DNA of 64,000 nt, from assembly GCA_965222375.1 (NCBI GenBank), contig CBDCTZ010000016.1:512001-576000 (forward strand), written 5' to 3'. Of this stretch, positions 39,319 to 49,143 are shown piece after piece. A program made the position numbers and the translations under genes. Under the pieces are notes generated by a model. It searched no databases, was not told where the DNA came from, and saw only the letters and a program-made list of their open reading frames with translations. Each line of letters starts with the position of its first letter. The stretch's first letter is position 1. Source of the stretch: Polyangiaceae bacterium (GTDB lineage Bacteria > Myxococcota_A > Polyangia > Polyangiales > Polyangiaceae).

Positions 39319-40337
39319 CCGCAGATGGTGGTGCGGATGCCTCACCTCCGGACGCTGGCTGCTCGCCGAACGATCCCACTATTGGGATCGCATGCATCAC
39401 GGGTCTACCTGGCATATGTGTGAACGGTACCTGGCAGTGTTCTCTTGGAGTGCGGTCGTGCGTCCCCCTCAACCTCCCCGGAACCGTCGTAGAGCAATGC
39501 AATCAAGTGGACGACAATTGCGACGGAGCCGTTGACGAAGGCTGCACGTGTAGTGACGGTGCGGTACAGCCCTGCGGAGAGGACAAAGGTGCGTGTAAGT
39601 CCGGTACACAAACCTGTGCCAATGGGCAGTGGGGTAGCTGTGCGGGTGCGGTTGGGCCGAGCCCAGAGATCTGCAACAACATTGATGACAACTGCAACGA
39701 TCAGGTGGACGAACAGCTGACCAAGACTTGTGGTAGCTCCGTTGGAGCCTGCAAAGTCGGAACCTCCACTTGCAGCGGTGGCTCCTGGGGTGCCTGCGTT
39801 GGCGGAGTCACGTCGAAGTCCGAGACCTGCAACGGACTCGACGACGACTGCGATGGCTCAACGGATGAAGGGTCCGTATGCGAAGACTGCATTCCACTTC
39901 CCAGCAGCACCACATTGTGTCCGCTAAGCCAGCTCAAAGGAGATAAGGACTTCGGTGGCAGTGCTAGCAACCCGAGTCCGATCGTGAATGTGACGGTCAC
40001 ATTCTTCAAGTGCACAAACAATCAAACGGTCTGTGCACACGCCAAAGTCAACATGAGGGAGCCGAAGTCGGACTGGAGTGAAGGCGAGCGGAGCGGGACC
40101 GTGTCGGCCAGTGGCGCGATGAATATCGGGCAGATCTTGGCCAGTACGTTTACGTATAGTTACAGCGACACGGACCACAGCCTCGACATCTTCAACTTCG
40201 CGGCCAGTAGTCCGGTCACGAAGCTCAGTTGCATGGGGGACACCGCAAACGAGGACATCTGCAGCAACCAGTGCATGACCGGGTGCTCTGGGTGTACCTT
40301 GAACTACGGATGCGTTCGGGTAAAATACGCGCCGTAG
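38796..40337 (+). CDS. array lipoprotein P5: N-domain nearly identical to P4, MopE-like repeats, distinct C-terminal domain
   Basis: Three E.CN..DD.C(D/N)..DE units; true start inferred from alignment with P4. Confidence 0.8.
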   Translation: MRLSRVRLGIVLVASAVAISAGMPACRSPTQIVFELSTDGPCNTVSVPIERRQTAITLGRRGKIETATKSTAETEQCDPATGRIGTIVAVPSGDNDEEIGARIVSALGKSPADCAAGGDGQCIVARRAVRFIPNRSLTIPIFLGQGCAGIVCDPDSTCDKGICVPLGCAGKGTCAADGGADASPPDAGCSPNDPTIGIACITGLPGICVNGTWQCSLGVRSCVPLNLPGTVVEQCNQVDDNCDGAVDEGCTCSDGAVQPCGEDKGACKSGTQTCANGQWGSCAGAVGPSPEICNNIDDNCNDQVDEQLTKTCGSSVGACKVGTSTCSGGSWGACVGGVTSKSETCNGLDDDCDGSTDEGSVCEDCIPLPSSTTLCPLSQLKGDKDFGGSASNPSPIVNVTVTFFKCTNNQTVCAHAKVNMREPKSDWSEGERSGTVSASGAMNIGQILASTFTYSYSDTDHSLDIFNFAASSPVTKLSCMGDTANEDICSNQCMTGCSGCTLNYGCVRVKYAP

Positions 40338-40358
40338 CTGTTCACTCCCACTTCACAC

Positions 40359-41351
40359 TCAAAAACCAAACAATGGCACCGCGACCTGTCCCGGCGGAAT
40401 CGTGCCTGAGTCGGCGTCCTTTTCGGTGTTCAGAGCGACAACTGTGACCACGCCTGCCACCACCACGACGCCGACGCCGGTCCAGAACCACCACTTCGAG
40501 GTGATGGCGCTTGACTTGTCGAGGTCGATGGTCAGGTCCTTGGTTTCGCCCGCTTTGACGAAGGTCGTGGTTTCGGCATCAGAGTAGTCCGCGTGGGTGA
40601 CGGAGATGATGTGCTTTCCGGGGTCTACTTGGGTTTCGGCCGGCACGACGCCGACGACTCGTCCGTCTACGCTCACACGTGCACCGGCGATGGGGGAGCG
40701 TACGAGGAGGCGCGCGCGGGAGTCCAGGGGTGGCAGGTCCACGCTTATGGTCGTCTCGCGTCCACCCCGAAGCTCAATGCTCTTCTTGAACGGTAGCCGG
40801 CCATCCGCAGTCACCTCTAGAACGGCGCGACCCGCGTTCACCTTTGTCGGTGGTAGTGGTGTTTGTCCGATCACCCGATCCCGCAGCACGACCCGGGCAC
40901 CCCCAACATCCGACTTCAGTCGAAGTATCGAGACTTTGCTGCGGACTTCCATGATCAAGCTGTCGAGCTGTGGGACCTTGCGGAGCACGCGTTTCGGTGC
41001 CTTGGTCTTGAATGCCACGAGTTGCTCGAGCGCTTCGGGATATTGCGACATCGCGGCGTGGGCTCTGCCGCGGTTGTAGAAGAGCCGCGGATCCGGGTAG
41101 GCCTCGTAGGATTGGTTGTACGCGTCCAACGCTTCGGCGTAGCGCATGGAGTCGTACGCCGCGTCGCCCTGTTTCTTCAGGGCTGTGGCTTCTCGCTGGG
41201 ATTTGCTTTGAGCAAAAGCGGGCGAGGGGAAGACCGCGCCCGCGAGCACTATTGCCAACAGCGCACCTATGAGAATCACCCACCGCTTAGCCACGACGCC
41301 GAGTCTAACGCGAGGGGCTCCGTTCGGCCAGTAGGCACCAAGGAGGTGCAT
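40359..41351 (-). CDS. TPR + PEGA domain protein
   Basis: Signal, TPR (YAEALDAY..PRLFYNRG), two PEGA units (GARV.VDGR.VG..P), KWWFWTG plus TM; GAGGGAG RBS. Confidence 0.85.
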   Translation of the reverse strand: MHLLGAYWPNGAPRVRLGVVAKRWVILIGALLAIVLAGAVFPSPAFAQSKSQREATALKKQGDAAYDSMRYAEALDAYNQSYEAYPDPRLFYNRGRAHAAMSQYPEALEQLVAFKTKAPKRVLRKVPQLDSLIMEVRSKVSILRLKSDVGGARVVLRDRVIGQTPLPPTKVNAGRAVLEVTADGRLPFKKSIELRGGRETTISVDLPPLDSRARLLVRSPIAGARVSVDGRVVGVVPAETQVDPGKHIISVTHADYSDAETTTFVKAGETKDLTIDLDKSSAITSKWWFWTGVGVVVVAGVVTVVALNTEKDADSGTIPPGQVAVPLFGF

Positions 41352-41419
41352 GGCTCCCTCGTGACTTTGAAGCGAGCAATCTCCAGGGTGGCCAACGCGA
41401 CCTGGCTCACCCGACGCTT

Positions 41420-41740
41420 GTGGCGAATAGTGGGTCGGGACGCAAGCCTCGGATGGTCGGGCTACGAGCACATGCTCGCCGGTGCGGGCTGAGGGCCGTC
41501 GGTCTCCTCACATAGTTGAGTTTCGACATCCGGCTCCTCGCTTTCGATTCCCGCAGGCGTACCGGCCGTTATGCTCGTCCCGAGCAGACGCGTGCAGCTG
41601 ATGTCAGTGCGGATTTCGACCACAATCGCCGTAGGTTCGCGGCAGGACGACGCGAGCAGGAACATGGTGGCGCACCACAAGGCGAGCGTTCCTCTGGGCG
41701 CCCAGCGACGCCAGCGCTTCAGTTCCGCATCCGCCATCAC
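41420..41740 (-). pseudogene. array paralog P6, frameshifted and truncated
   Basis: SCREPTAIVVEIRTDISC..GTSITAG..C, stop at 41462; shifted frame reads RTGEHVLV..EACVPTHY. Confidence 0.7.
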
Positions 41741-41750
41741 GCCGGTGTTC

Positions 41751-42329
41751 CTACTCGACCTTCGGCGCGTTTGGCCACAGTGCGGTCAGCTCGAGCTCGA
41801 TGGCATCGAAGGGCTCCAGGCGCACGACCTCGGACTCGCCATGCACGGCAACAAGCCGATAGCTGTCGCCGTCCAATCGGAACACCTCGACGCTCCGTTC
41901 AAGGGGACTGACGAGCCAAGCGTGCCGCACCCCTTCGCGCGCATACACCGGTAGCTTGCGCCGTCGATCGAGAAGTGCGGTGCTGGGCGACAACACCTCG
42001 CACGCCCAATCGGGCGCCAGCTCTATGTATGGGGCGTCGGGCACTGCAGGTAGACGTTCGCGTCGCCAGCCCGCCAAGTCGGGGACCAAGATGTCCGCGC
42101 CAAAGTGCAATTCCGGCTCGTCCAAGATGGTCCAACCACCTGGCCCGCCGCGACCACGATGAAATGGTCCGCCGATGTCCATTCCGAGCACTGACGCGGC
42201 CTCAGAGTGTGGCGCTGCTGGACGTGGACTCGTGAACAGCTCACCCGCTACAATTTCGGCGACTAGATGGTCCGGTGCATCGAGCACATCTTGGTAAGTC
42301 GCGAGTTTCTTGGCCGTATCCACCGCCAT
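41751..42329 (-). CDS. Uma2 (DUF820) family putative endonuclease
   Basis: ATYQD..AEIVAGEL..PRP, GGPGGW.ILDEPELH, VPDLAGWR, APDW.CEVLSPST, K..YAREGV. Confidence 0.92.
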   Translation of the reverse strand: MAVDTAKKLATYQDVLDAPDHLVAEIVAGELFTSPRPAAPHSEAASVLGMDIGGPFHRGRGGPGGWTILDEPELHFGADILVPDLAGWRRERLPAVPDAPYIELAPDWACEVLSPSTALLDRRRKLPVYAREGVRHAWLVSPLERSVEVFRLDGDSYRLVAVHGESEVVRLEPFDAIELELTALWPNAPKVE

Positions 42330-42453
42330 GGATGGCTAATGTAGCACCGACTCGCCCGGATCGGCTCGCCGGGAGCATCTCTGTGCTCGCCCCGCGTCTT
42401 CGAGCTAGAGTTCGGGAAATGGCCAGCGCGGCTGCCACGAAGGTCGGGGACTC

Positions 42454-44037
42454 ATGAAATCCGGGGAGGGTGCGTCGTATCAAAGCAACCTCTGCCGGCG
42501 TGGGTATGACCGCTCAAGAAGACTCCTCGCGCTACTCACAGTGTGCTGCGCCGGCGCGTGCCAAGAGCCCACTCAGATCCGCCTCGAGATCGCCACGAAC
42601 ATTCCAGCCTGCAAGGATGTGACGCTAACGGCGATCGCAGCCGGGCGCCCGGACGACGTGGGGCAGCGCGCTTTCAGCGCCGAAACCAGCAAGTGTGAGC
42701 CAGCCACGGGCAAGATCGGCTCCCTGGTGCTGGTGCCGAGTGACGGGGATGGCGATGCTCTAGGCGTGCAGGCGGTGACGGCCCTGGGTCAGATGACGCT
42801 GGGTAGCTGCAAGGACAACGGTTACAAAGTGCTCGCCGGGCAAGCTGGTGGCTGCATCATACAACGCAGACAAGTGCGCTTTGCGCCGCACACACCGTTG
42901 ACGCTGCCGATCACGATGGACGCGGCCTGCGTGGACGTGCCGTGCGACCCGGCGACAACCTGCGTAGGAGGGACGTGTGTGTCCCGCGATGTGCCCGACC
43001 CTGCGAGTTGTCCTTTGCCCGGAGGGTGCGGAGCCGCCACCGGGGGCGCCGCCCTGGACCGCTGTGTTAGCCAATTCGAATGCGCTCAAGGTCTGGTCTG
43101 CAAGTCCTTCGGCGGAGAGAAACGTTGCACGCCGGCCTGCCCAACAGTTGGAGCTAATCCACTTTGCCCAGCTGGCACTCGCTGCGAAGGCATTAGTGGA
43201 AGCAAGTACTGCGCCCCGTCCGACATCGGCAAGCCTTGCACTTCGGGGACGAACTGCAACTACGCGTGTCTTGTGGCGCAAAATTACTGCACCGGCAATT
43301 GCACGACTGCAGCTGATTGCCCGAACGGTTGGGGGTGCATGCCTGTGGGCGGGGAGCGCATCTGTGTCAAAGCCGCCGCCACATGCGATGGCGTGGACAA
43401 CTCCAAGTGTGTAGTCCCGGCTGCCTGCGACCTGTCCCCCGCACTGATTGTGGGCAGTTGTACCCTGGCGTGCACCGACCCATCCGATTGTCCCCAACGC
43501 GCTTTAGGCATGAGCCCCTGGACCTGCGACGGTCTGTGCCGTCGACCCTCCGGCGATGGCACCGCTGTCTACGGGCCGCTCGAGGGGGGGACCACGCCAC
43601 CCCAATGGGCCTGCAACGGGCTAGGTCAGGTCGTGAACGTGTGCGGGGATGGTCAACATGTCGATTTCAACACGTTCATGATTCCAGAGCCACCAGTCGT
43701 GGATTGCTCCAGCAACACCACGACGAAGGGGCTACCGGGAGATGCTTGCGTGGACTCGTGCCGCTACGTTGGTGGCTGTCCGTTTGGATACACATGCGCG
43801 GCCGTTGGCTCAATTGGAGCTAGCAACCGGATCGGGTTGTGTTTGCCGAGTTTCGGTTCGGCCAAGATCGGCGCCCTCTGCACGCGCCATGCAGATTGCT
43901 TTTTTGGCTATTGCAACCTGACCAAAGGCAAGTGTTCGCGGGACTGCAGCTGGGACGGTTTCTGCCCAACTGGCTCCAGCTGCGTGCGCGGCGGTGGCCC
44001 AGACGTGGAGAGCCTTCCTTTCCGCCGTTGCGAATGA
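42454..44037 (+). CDS. array lipoprotein P7: shared N-domain plus long Cys-rich repeats
   Basis: ACQEPTQIRLEIATN..IGSLVLVPS..GCIIQRRQVRF..LTLPI. Confidence 0.8.
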   Translation: MKSGEGASYQSNLCRRGYDRSRRLLALLTVCCAGACQEPTQIRLEIATNIPACKDVTLTAIAAGRPDDVGQRAFSAETSKCEPATGKIGSLVLVPSDGDGDALGVQAVTALGQMTLGSCKDNGYKVLAGQAGGCIIQRRQVRFAPHTPLTLPITMDAACVDVPCDPATTCVGGTCVSRDVPDPASCPLPGGCGAATGGAALDRCVSQFECAQGLVCKSFGGEKRCTPACPTVGANPLCPAGTRCEGISGSKYCAPSDIGKPCTSGTNCNYACLVAQNYCTGNCTTAADCPNGWGCMPVGGERICVKAAATCDGVDNSKCVVPAACDLSPALIVGSCTLACTDPSDCPQRALGMSPWTCDGLCRRPSGDGTAVYGPLEGGTTPPQWACNGLGQVVNVCGDGQHVDFNTFMIPEPPVVDCSSNTTTKGLPGDACVDSCRYVGGCPFGYTCAAVGSIGASNRIGLCLPSFGSAKIGALCTRHADCFFGYCNLTKGKCSRDCSWDGFCPTGSSCVRGGGPDVESLPFRRCE

Positions 44038-44083
44038 CCGTAGCAGTACTAGCTTAGGTTCGGGTTGAGCCAGCAGTTGCCCC

Positions 44084-45643
44084 CTAAAGCCGGTCCGGAT
44101 TCCCCGTTGGTTTCGGTGGTGGCCTCGGTTTCGGGATCGGCCGCGGTTTCGGCGTGGGACTCTTGCGCACTTGGGGCCATGTGCGTGGCTTGGGCTTGGG
44201 TGTCGGTGCTTTCTTTGTCGTGGCGCTAGGTGCTGCAGGGGATGGCTCTGGTTTCGGAGTGCTCGCCTGCTTCGCGATTCTCAATCGAGCATCAATGATC
44301 GCTGCGCGGGCCGGGGCAATGGCCGGGCGAATTGGTGGCATGGGTTCTGGCGATGATCGTGCTGCAATGACGATGACCGCGACTAGCAGCACGCCACCCC
44401 CTACGGCCGCAAGCGCTGCAGGAATCGCCCAGTGGGTCCATGCTTTCGGCGCAACGGATCGTCCTCGGGCTTGGCTCCAGCCGGGCGCGGTGCTGGGTCC
44501 CGCGGCCATAGCTGGCGTGACCGCGTCGATACGGAGGTCCTGGCTCGAGATCCTATCGACGCGGATATCTGGGCTTGAGATTCCGCCAATACGGACCTGC
44601 GGGCTCGAGCTTGCCTCGAGATCCGAAATCAGCGGTAGAGACGGCCGGCTTGTCTCAGGGCCGAACTGCGCCAGCGCTGTGGCGAAGGCAGCCATGGTCT
44701 GGAAACGCTTTTCGCGGTCCTTGGTCAGTGCACCGTAGACGACAGCCTCGAGCGTTTCCGGCACCTCCGGCCGCAACTCACGCAACGAGGCCACTGGATC
44801 TGCCACGATCGCCGCGGCGACGGCCGTCGCTGATTCGCCTTCGAAAGGAGTTCTGCCGGTCAGGGCCTCGAAGAGGATTACGCCGAGCGACCAGATGTCA
44901 CTGCGCGGATCGACTTTCTTGGCGCTTCGGACCTGCTCCGGAGACATGTACAAGGCTGTGCCGAGTGCGGAAAAGGTCGAGGTGAGGCTTGGCTCGTCCT
45001 CGTCCGCTGCGACCTTCGAGATCCCGAAGTCGAGTACCTTGACAGTACGCCGCCCCGCGACTTCGGCCAGGAATAGGTTTCCGGGTTTGAGGTCCCGATG
45101 CACGATGCCAACCCCGTGTGCCTCGATCATCGCATCGCACGCTTGAAGTACATACCCCACCGCCGTCGTGATGGGCAGCGCTCCGCGTTGAGCGAGCTCC
45201 CGGGCGAGATCATGGCCGTGCAGAAACTCCATCACCATGAACGGCGTGCCATCTGGAGTCGTGTCCACGTCCGAAACTCGCGCGACGTGTGGACTTGTTA
45301 GACGGGTGGCAGCACGGGCTTCACGTTCGAAGCGGGCAACGATGTCCCTTCGATCTGTGAGCGATGGATGCAGGAGTTTGACCGCCACTCGCTGCCGCAG
45401 CTTCAGGTGCTCAGCTTCGTAAACCGCACCCATGCCGCCACTACCTATGGTGTGCAGAAGGCGATATCGCCCCGCCAAGATCGTGCCGTCTGCGGGAAGG
45501 GTCACGTCGGATACTATAGCAGCGCGCGTTCGCGGCTCTTGAGGGGATTCCTCCCTTTTGCCCCATCCTGCATCAACCAGGGCATCTCGCCATCCCTGGT
45601 CTCGAGGTCTTGGCGTCAGCGGTTCAGAGGAAAGAGCTTCCAC
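44084..45643 (-). CDS. membrane Ser/Thr protein kinase with Pro-rich extracytoplasmic tail
   Basis: GSGGMGAVY, VAVK, RFEREA, HRDLKPGN, DFG, YMSPEQ; TM; PKP repeats. Confidence 0.92.
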   Translation of the reverse strand: MEALSSEPLTPRPRDQGWRDALVDAGWGKREESPQEPRTRAAIVSDVTLPADGTILAGRYRLLHTIGSGGMGAVYEAEHLKLRQRVAVKLLHPSLTDRRDIVARFEREARAATRLTSPHVARVSDVDTTPDGTPFMVMEFLHGHDLARELAQRGALPITTAVGYVLQACDAMIEAHGVGIVHRDLKPGNLFLAEVAGRRTVKVLDFGISKVAADEDEPSLTSTFSALGTALYMSPEQVRSAKKVDPRSDIWSLGVILFEALTGRTPFEGESATAVAAAIVADPVASLRELRPEVPETLEAVVYGALTKDREKRFQTMAAFATALAQFGPETSRPSLPLISDLEASSSPQVRIGGISSPDIRVDRISSQDLRIDAVTPAMAAGPSTAPGWSQARGRSVAPKAWTHWAIPAALAAVGGGVLLVAVIVIAARSSPEPMPPIRPAIAPARAAIIDARLRIAKQASTPKPEPSPAAPSATTKKAPTPKPKPRTWPQVRKSPTPKPRPIPKPRPPPKPTGNPDRL

Positions 45644-45750
45644 GGATGGGGTGGCGCGCGCGGAAGATGCCCCTAGAACGCCTGAACAAACGATCGCGAG
45701 CGCGCGAAATCCATTCGCACGCTCGCAGTCCGTTCGGGTTCTTCGTTGCC

Positions 45751-47448
45751 TCAGCCGAAGCGACGGCGGCCAAAGGATAGGCCTAGGAAACCGAGACCCA
45801 ACAAAAGCAGCAGGGTGTCTCCGGCGCCGCTTGAACCGCCCGCCGTCCTACAGGCGCAACCGTTGGTCTCCTGCTGAGGCCAACCCTGGTCGAGATTATG
45901 GGCGACGACCTCATTTTGCACCTTCTTGCGGTTGTCCACGAGCACGATGGGGTCACCTTCTTTCGGTACTTCTTCGATGCTGAGTGCGAAGGGCATCGAC
46001 GAATCCCAGCTGGGCCAGGTCTCGCCGGCAGGCACGGCGACCTGCTGGCCCGTGGGCAGCTCGAAGACGCTCGTGCCGCTGCACAGGATTCGACGGTTGG
46101 CTAGTCCCGGTAGCAGCACATCGGGCAAGTCGCCGCGCTTGTGGAACGTCGGATCGAGGGTCATCTCCGATGCGGACATGGTGGTCAGCATGCGCGTCAG
46201 ATAGGGATATTTGTCGAGTAGCTCGGACGCCCGTTTTCCTGGCCGTACAACCCGGTCGTTGAAGTCCTGGGAAAGGAGCGTCGGGTCCCATTGGCTGAGG
46301 TCCAATTGGTCCTGGTAACAACTGACGCAGCCGTAGAATTGCTCATCGCTGAGCCCTGACGGACGTGGCAGGTACTGCTGAAGCAGGGGTAGAACCAATG
46401 GGTGGTTGAAGTTGCAGAACCCACCGACAGATGAACCGCCGCTCGAACACGACACGAGGCCTTGAGTCTGCAGTTCGGGAATCAGCGCAGTCGGCTCGAT
46501 GCCGAGGAGCTTCGCCGCGTCCCAGTCTTCACTGAAGACTCCCGCGGGATTGGCCACGCTGGAGGGTCCCGCATACTCGGTCACGAAGGCCTGGCCATTG
46601 GCTACGGGTGAATCCGCCGCCCGCGACACGACCTCCATGTAGTTTGCGCCCCGGGATTGCCAGTCGATGCGCACTGGATTCAAGATCATGTGCTTGTAGT
46701 TCGTCGGCACCACGCGCTCGTGACCTAGGAAGAAAGTGCGCACGCTCATGTCGTCCGTCGCAGCCACGGCGGTGAGCTTGATGGGAACACAGGGTTCGGT
46801 GCCCTCGTAGCTGAAGACCAAGGGATGGATCTCGTTGACGTCCGTGCCAGCCGTCAGCTTGACTGCCGCGAACAGGAAACCCTTCAGTACGTATTCTTCT
46901 AGAATCTCCGGTGCTGCATCGGAGTCCTGGTAGCCGTTGTCGCCGAGCCACTTGCTAACTTCTGCCGCGGTTCCGCCTTCGAGGACGACGATTTCGAAAG
47001 CACCCGCTTGCGTGCGCTGAACCACATTCGGGCCGCTGCTGCCAGTGGTGCCGCCGCTACCGCCGAATCCACCGCCTCCAGAGGCTTGTGCAGAGTTGCT
47101 GTCGCTTTCACAGGTGTCACGACTTGTGGTGAACCCATAGGACGGCACACTGCCGTTGAGCAAACTCTGGAACAACGGCTCGGAACCAACCTCGAACTTC
47201 GGGTTCTTTGGCACCGGAATGACCCAGGCGAACCGCTCCGCCACGCCCTGGTATTGGATCTGAACGTGGGCTTCGACCCGGCCTTCCTCGATGATGAACA
47301 CAATGTTCTCGCCCGATTGGTCCACCGGCATGGCGATAGGGCCGTTGTCGCAGAAGGTGCCGCCGCAAGCTTGGGCGGGGGCCGACTCCATCGCGACGGC
47401 GGCTGCCAGGCCGGTCATGGCCCATCGAACAAAGGTGCGTGTTCCCAT
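45751..47448 (-). CDS. DUF2330 domain protein with MYXO-CTERM
   Basis: AQACGGTFC, DQSGENIVF, FAWVIPVP, WL.DNGY, FVTEYA; tail GCAC..LLLL..RRR; GGAGG RBS. Confidence 0.85.
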   Translation of the reverse strand: MGTRTFVRWAMTGLAAAVAMESAPAQACGGTFCDNGPIAMPVDQSGENIVFIIEEGRVEAHVQIQYQGVAERFAWVIPVPKNPKFEVGSEPLFQSLLNGSVPSYGFTTSRDTCESDSNSAQASGGGGFGGSGGTTGSSGPNVVQRTQAGAFEIVVLEGGTAAEVSKWLGDNGYQDSDAAPEILEEYVLKGFLFAAVKLTAGTDVNEIHPLVFSYEGTEPCVPIKLTAVAATDDMSVRTFFLGHERVVPTNYKHMILNPVRIDWQSRGANYMEVVSRAADSPVANGQAFVTEYAGPSSVANPAGVFSEDWDAAKLLGIEPTALIPELQTQGLVSCSSGGSSVGGFCNFNHPLVLPLLQQYLPRPSGLSDEQFYGCVSCYQDQLDLSQWDPTLLSQDFNDRVVRPGKRASELLDKYPYLTRMLTTMSASEMTLDPTFHKRGDLPDVLLPGLANRRILCSGTSVFELPTGQQVAVPAGETWPSWDSSMPFALSIEEVPKEGDPIVLVDNRKKVQNEVVAHNLDQGWPQQETNGCACRTAGGSSGAGDTLLLLLGLGFLGLSFGRRRFG

Positions 47449-47630
47449 TGTGGTTCCTCCAGGTGCGCCGAGCCGAATCAGGCACAGGGGTGCACCTAGC
47501 AACCGGTGTGCCTGCCGCGAGTTGCCCTCGTTCGGCAAAACACGGGGACTCTGCCTGCCCGCCCGGCACAAGTCGGCACACACGCTGCCAGGCCGATCCG
47601 GACCTACATTGTCCCCACCGCCCCTGATTT

Positions 47631-48224
47631 TCAGGGCGTGAAGCATTTGCCGGGTTTGTAGTCTGGGCCGCACAGACACTTGCAGTACTCCTGGGTGGCG
47701 GACTGCGCTTCGTTGCACACTGGCGTCACCCGCAATGTCGCCGAGCCGGTGCTGAAATCCGAATACAACTCAGTCGCCTTCAATTCGAGCTCCAGCTCGA
47801 TGCCGTTGGCCCCAGCCGCGCTTTCGCTGGGACACAGCGTCAAATGCACGACCTGGCTGATCGAGCGGCGGTCTGTAATGAACTTGGTTGGATGCCCAGG
47901 CAGGCGCTGCAGCTTGACGTTACGAGAATCTTCGACCACTAGCTCGCCGGTTGCAGCGTTCTTGAGGGTCGCTTCCAGATCCACGACATTGCTGTCGGTG
48001 TGATCGATCTGAGCGCCGACCAGTATGACGAATCCGCCCTGTGGAGGTAGGAAGAAGTCGATATCGCCACCATCTTCCAACAGTACGACAGGGTCGGTTT
48101 CTGGCGTGTACATCAACGGCTCGACCGCAAGATCCGAAGAAGGCCTCGGTTCTTCTGCAGGATCGCCACATGCGCAGAGCATCGCGATCAACGCCATTGT
48201 CGCTAGGCAGTGCAGCTTGCGCAC
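47631..48224 (-). CDS. hypothetical lipoprotein
   Basis: Lipobox LCAC; PPQGG motif; Cys tail CKCLC; start uncertain. Confidence 0.7.
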   Translation of the reverse strand: MRKLHCLATMALIAMLCACGDPAEEPRPSSDLAVEPLMYTPETDPVVLLEDGGDIDFFLPPQGGFVILVGAQIDHTDSNVVDLEATLKNAATGELVVEDSRNVKLQRLPGHPTKFITDRRSISQVVHLTLCPSESAAGANGIELELELKATELYSDFSTGSATLRVTPVCNEAQSATQEYCKCLCGPDYKPGKCFTP

Positions 48225-48300
48225 GCCGATCGAGGTAGCACACCGAGTGCCAGGTGGTCGGTCAAGCGTTCCACAGGTCAGGCTACGGCCCGCACGGCTT

Positions 48301-49143
48301 CTAGTTGACGCAGTGGCCGGCTTGGCAGACTTGCGGGCTGGTACAGGGTGGGCTCGCACCACACCCTCGTGAGCAGACGCAGATCGCGGCCTGGAGATGC
48401 GTTGACGTGCAGTCGATCTTCTTGGCGCGGCCACACGCACCAGCGTTGTTGTACGCCGCCAGGCAAACGCCGCCACCGGTCAGGCAGATCTTCTCGCAGG
48501 AGGACTGAGTCGAGTTGTAGCGCAGATCGCAACTTGTCCCGGTCTGGGCGCAAACATTCGAAACGCCCGGAACCGCGCTGTAGGTCTCTTTGCAGCTCGG
48601 AAGGTTCAATACGCCACCTGTACCACCGCCGCCGGTACCGATGATGCCTCCGGTTCCGCCCGTTGGACCGCCGCCGGTACCGATGATGCCTCCGGTTCCG
48701 CCCGTTGGAGCGCCGCCGGTACCGATGATGCCTCCGGTTCCGCCCGTTGGAGCGCCACCGGTGCCCACACCGCCCGTGCCGCCGGTTGGGACGCCCCCAG
48801 TGCCAACGCCTCCGGTACTCACACCACCCGTTCCAATGCCGCCCGTGTTGACGCCCCCAGTGCTGACGCCGCCTGTACTGACGCCCCCGGTGCCCATACC
48901 GCCGGTTCCAACGCCCCCAGTGCTGACGCCGCCTGTGCTGACGCCTCCGGTGTTGGTACCCCCAGTGCTCACACCGCCGCTTCCCGCGACTCCGCCACCG
49001 CTGCCTGCACTTCCGCCAGTTCCGCTCAACCCACCACCGCCCGCACTGGCGTCACTACCGCCGGGACCGAAGTCGAAACCTTCGAAGTCGTTGGTGCATG
49101 AGGCGAGCAAGACGAAGCTGAAAACAATGGCTAGGTGGCGCAT
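48301..49143 (-). CDS. Gly-rich repeat lipoprotein with Cys-rich C-terminus
   Basis: Lipobox LASC; (GGVST)n and (GGTGGIIGTGG)n repeats. Confidence 0.8.
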   Translation of the reverse strand: MRHLAIVFSFVLLASCTNDFEGFDFGPGGSDASAGGGGLSGTGGSAGSGGGVAGSGGVSTGGTNTGGVSTGGVSTGGVGTGGMGTGGVSTGGVSTGGVNTGGIGTGGVSTGGVGTGGVPTGGTGGVGTGGAPTGGTGGIIGTGGAPTGGTGGIIGTGGGPTGGTGGIIGTGGGGTGGVLNLPSCKETYSAVPGVSNVCAQTGTSCDLRYNSTQSSCEKICLTGGGVCLAAYNNAGACGRAKKIDCTSTHLQAAICVCSRGCGASPPCTSPQVCQAGHCVN

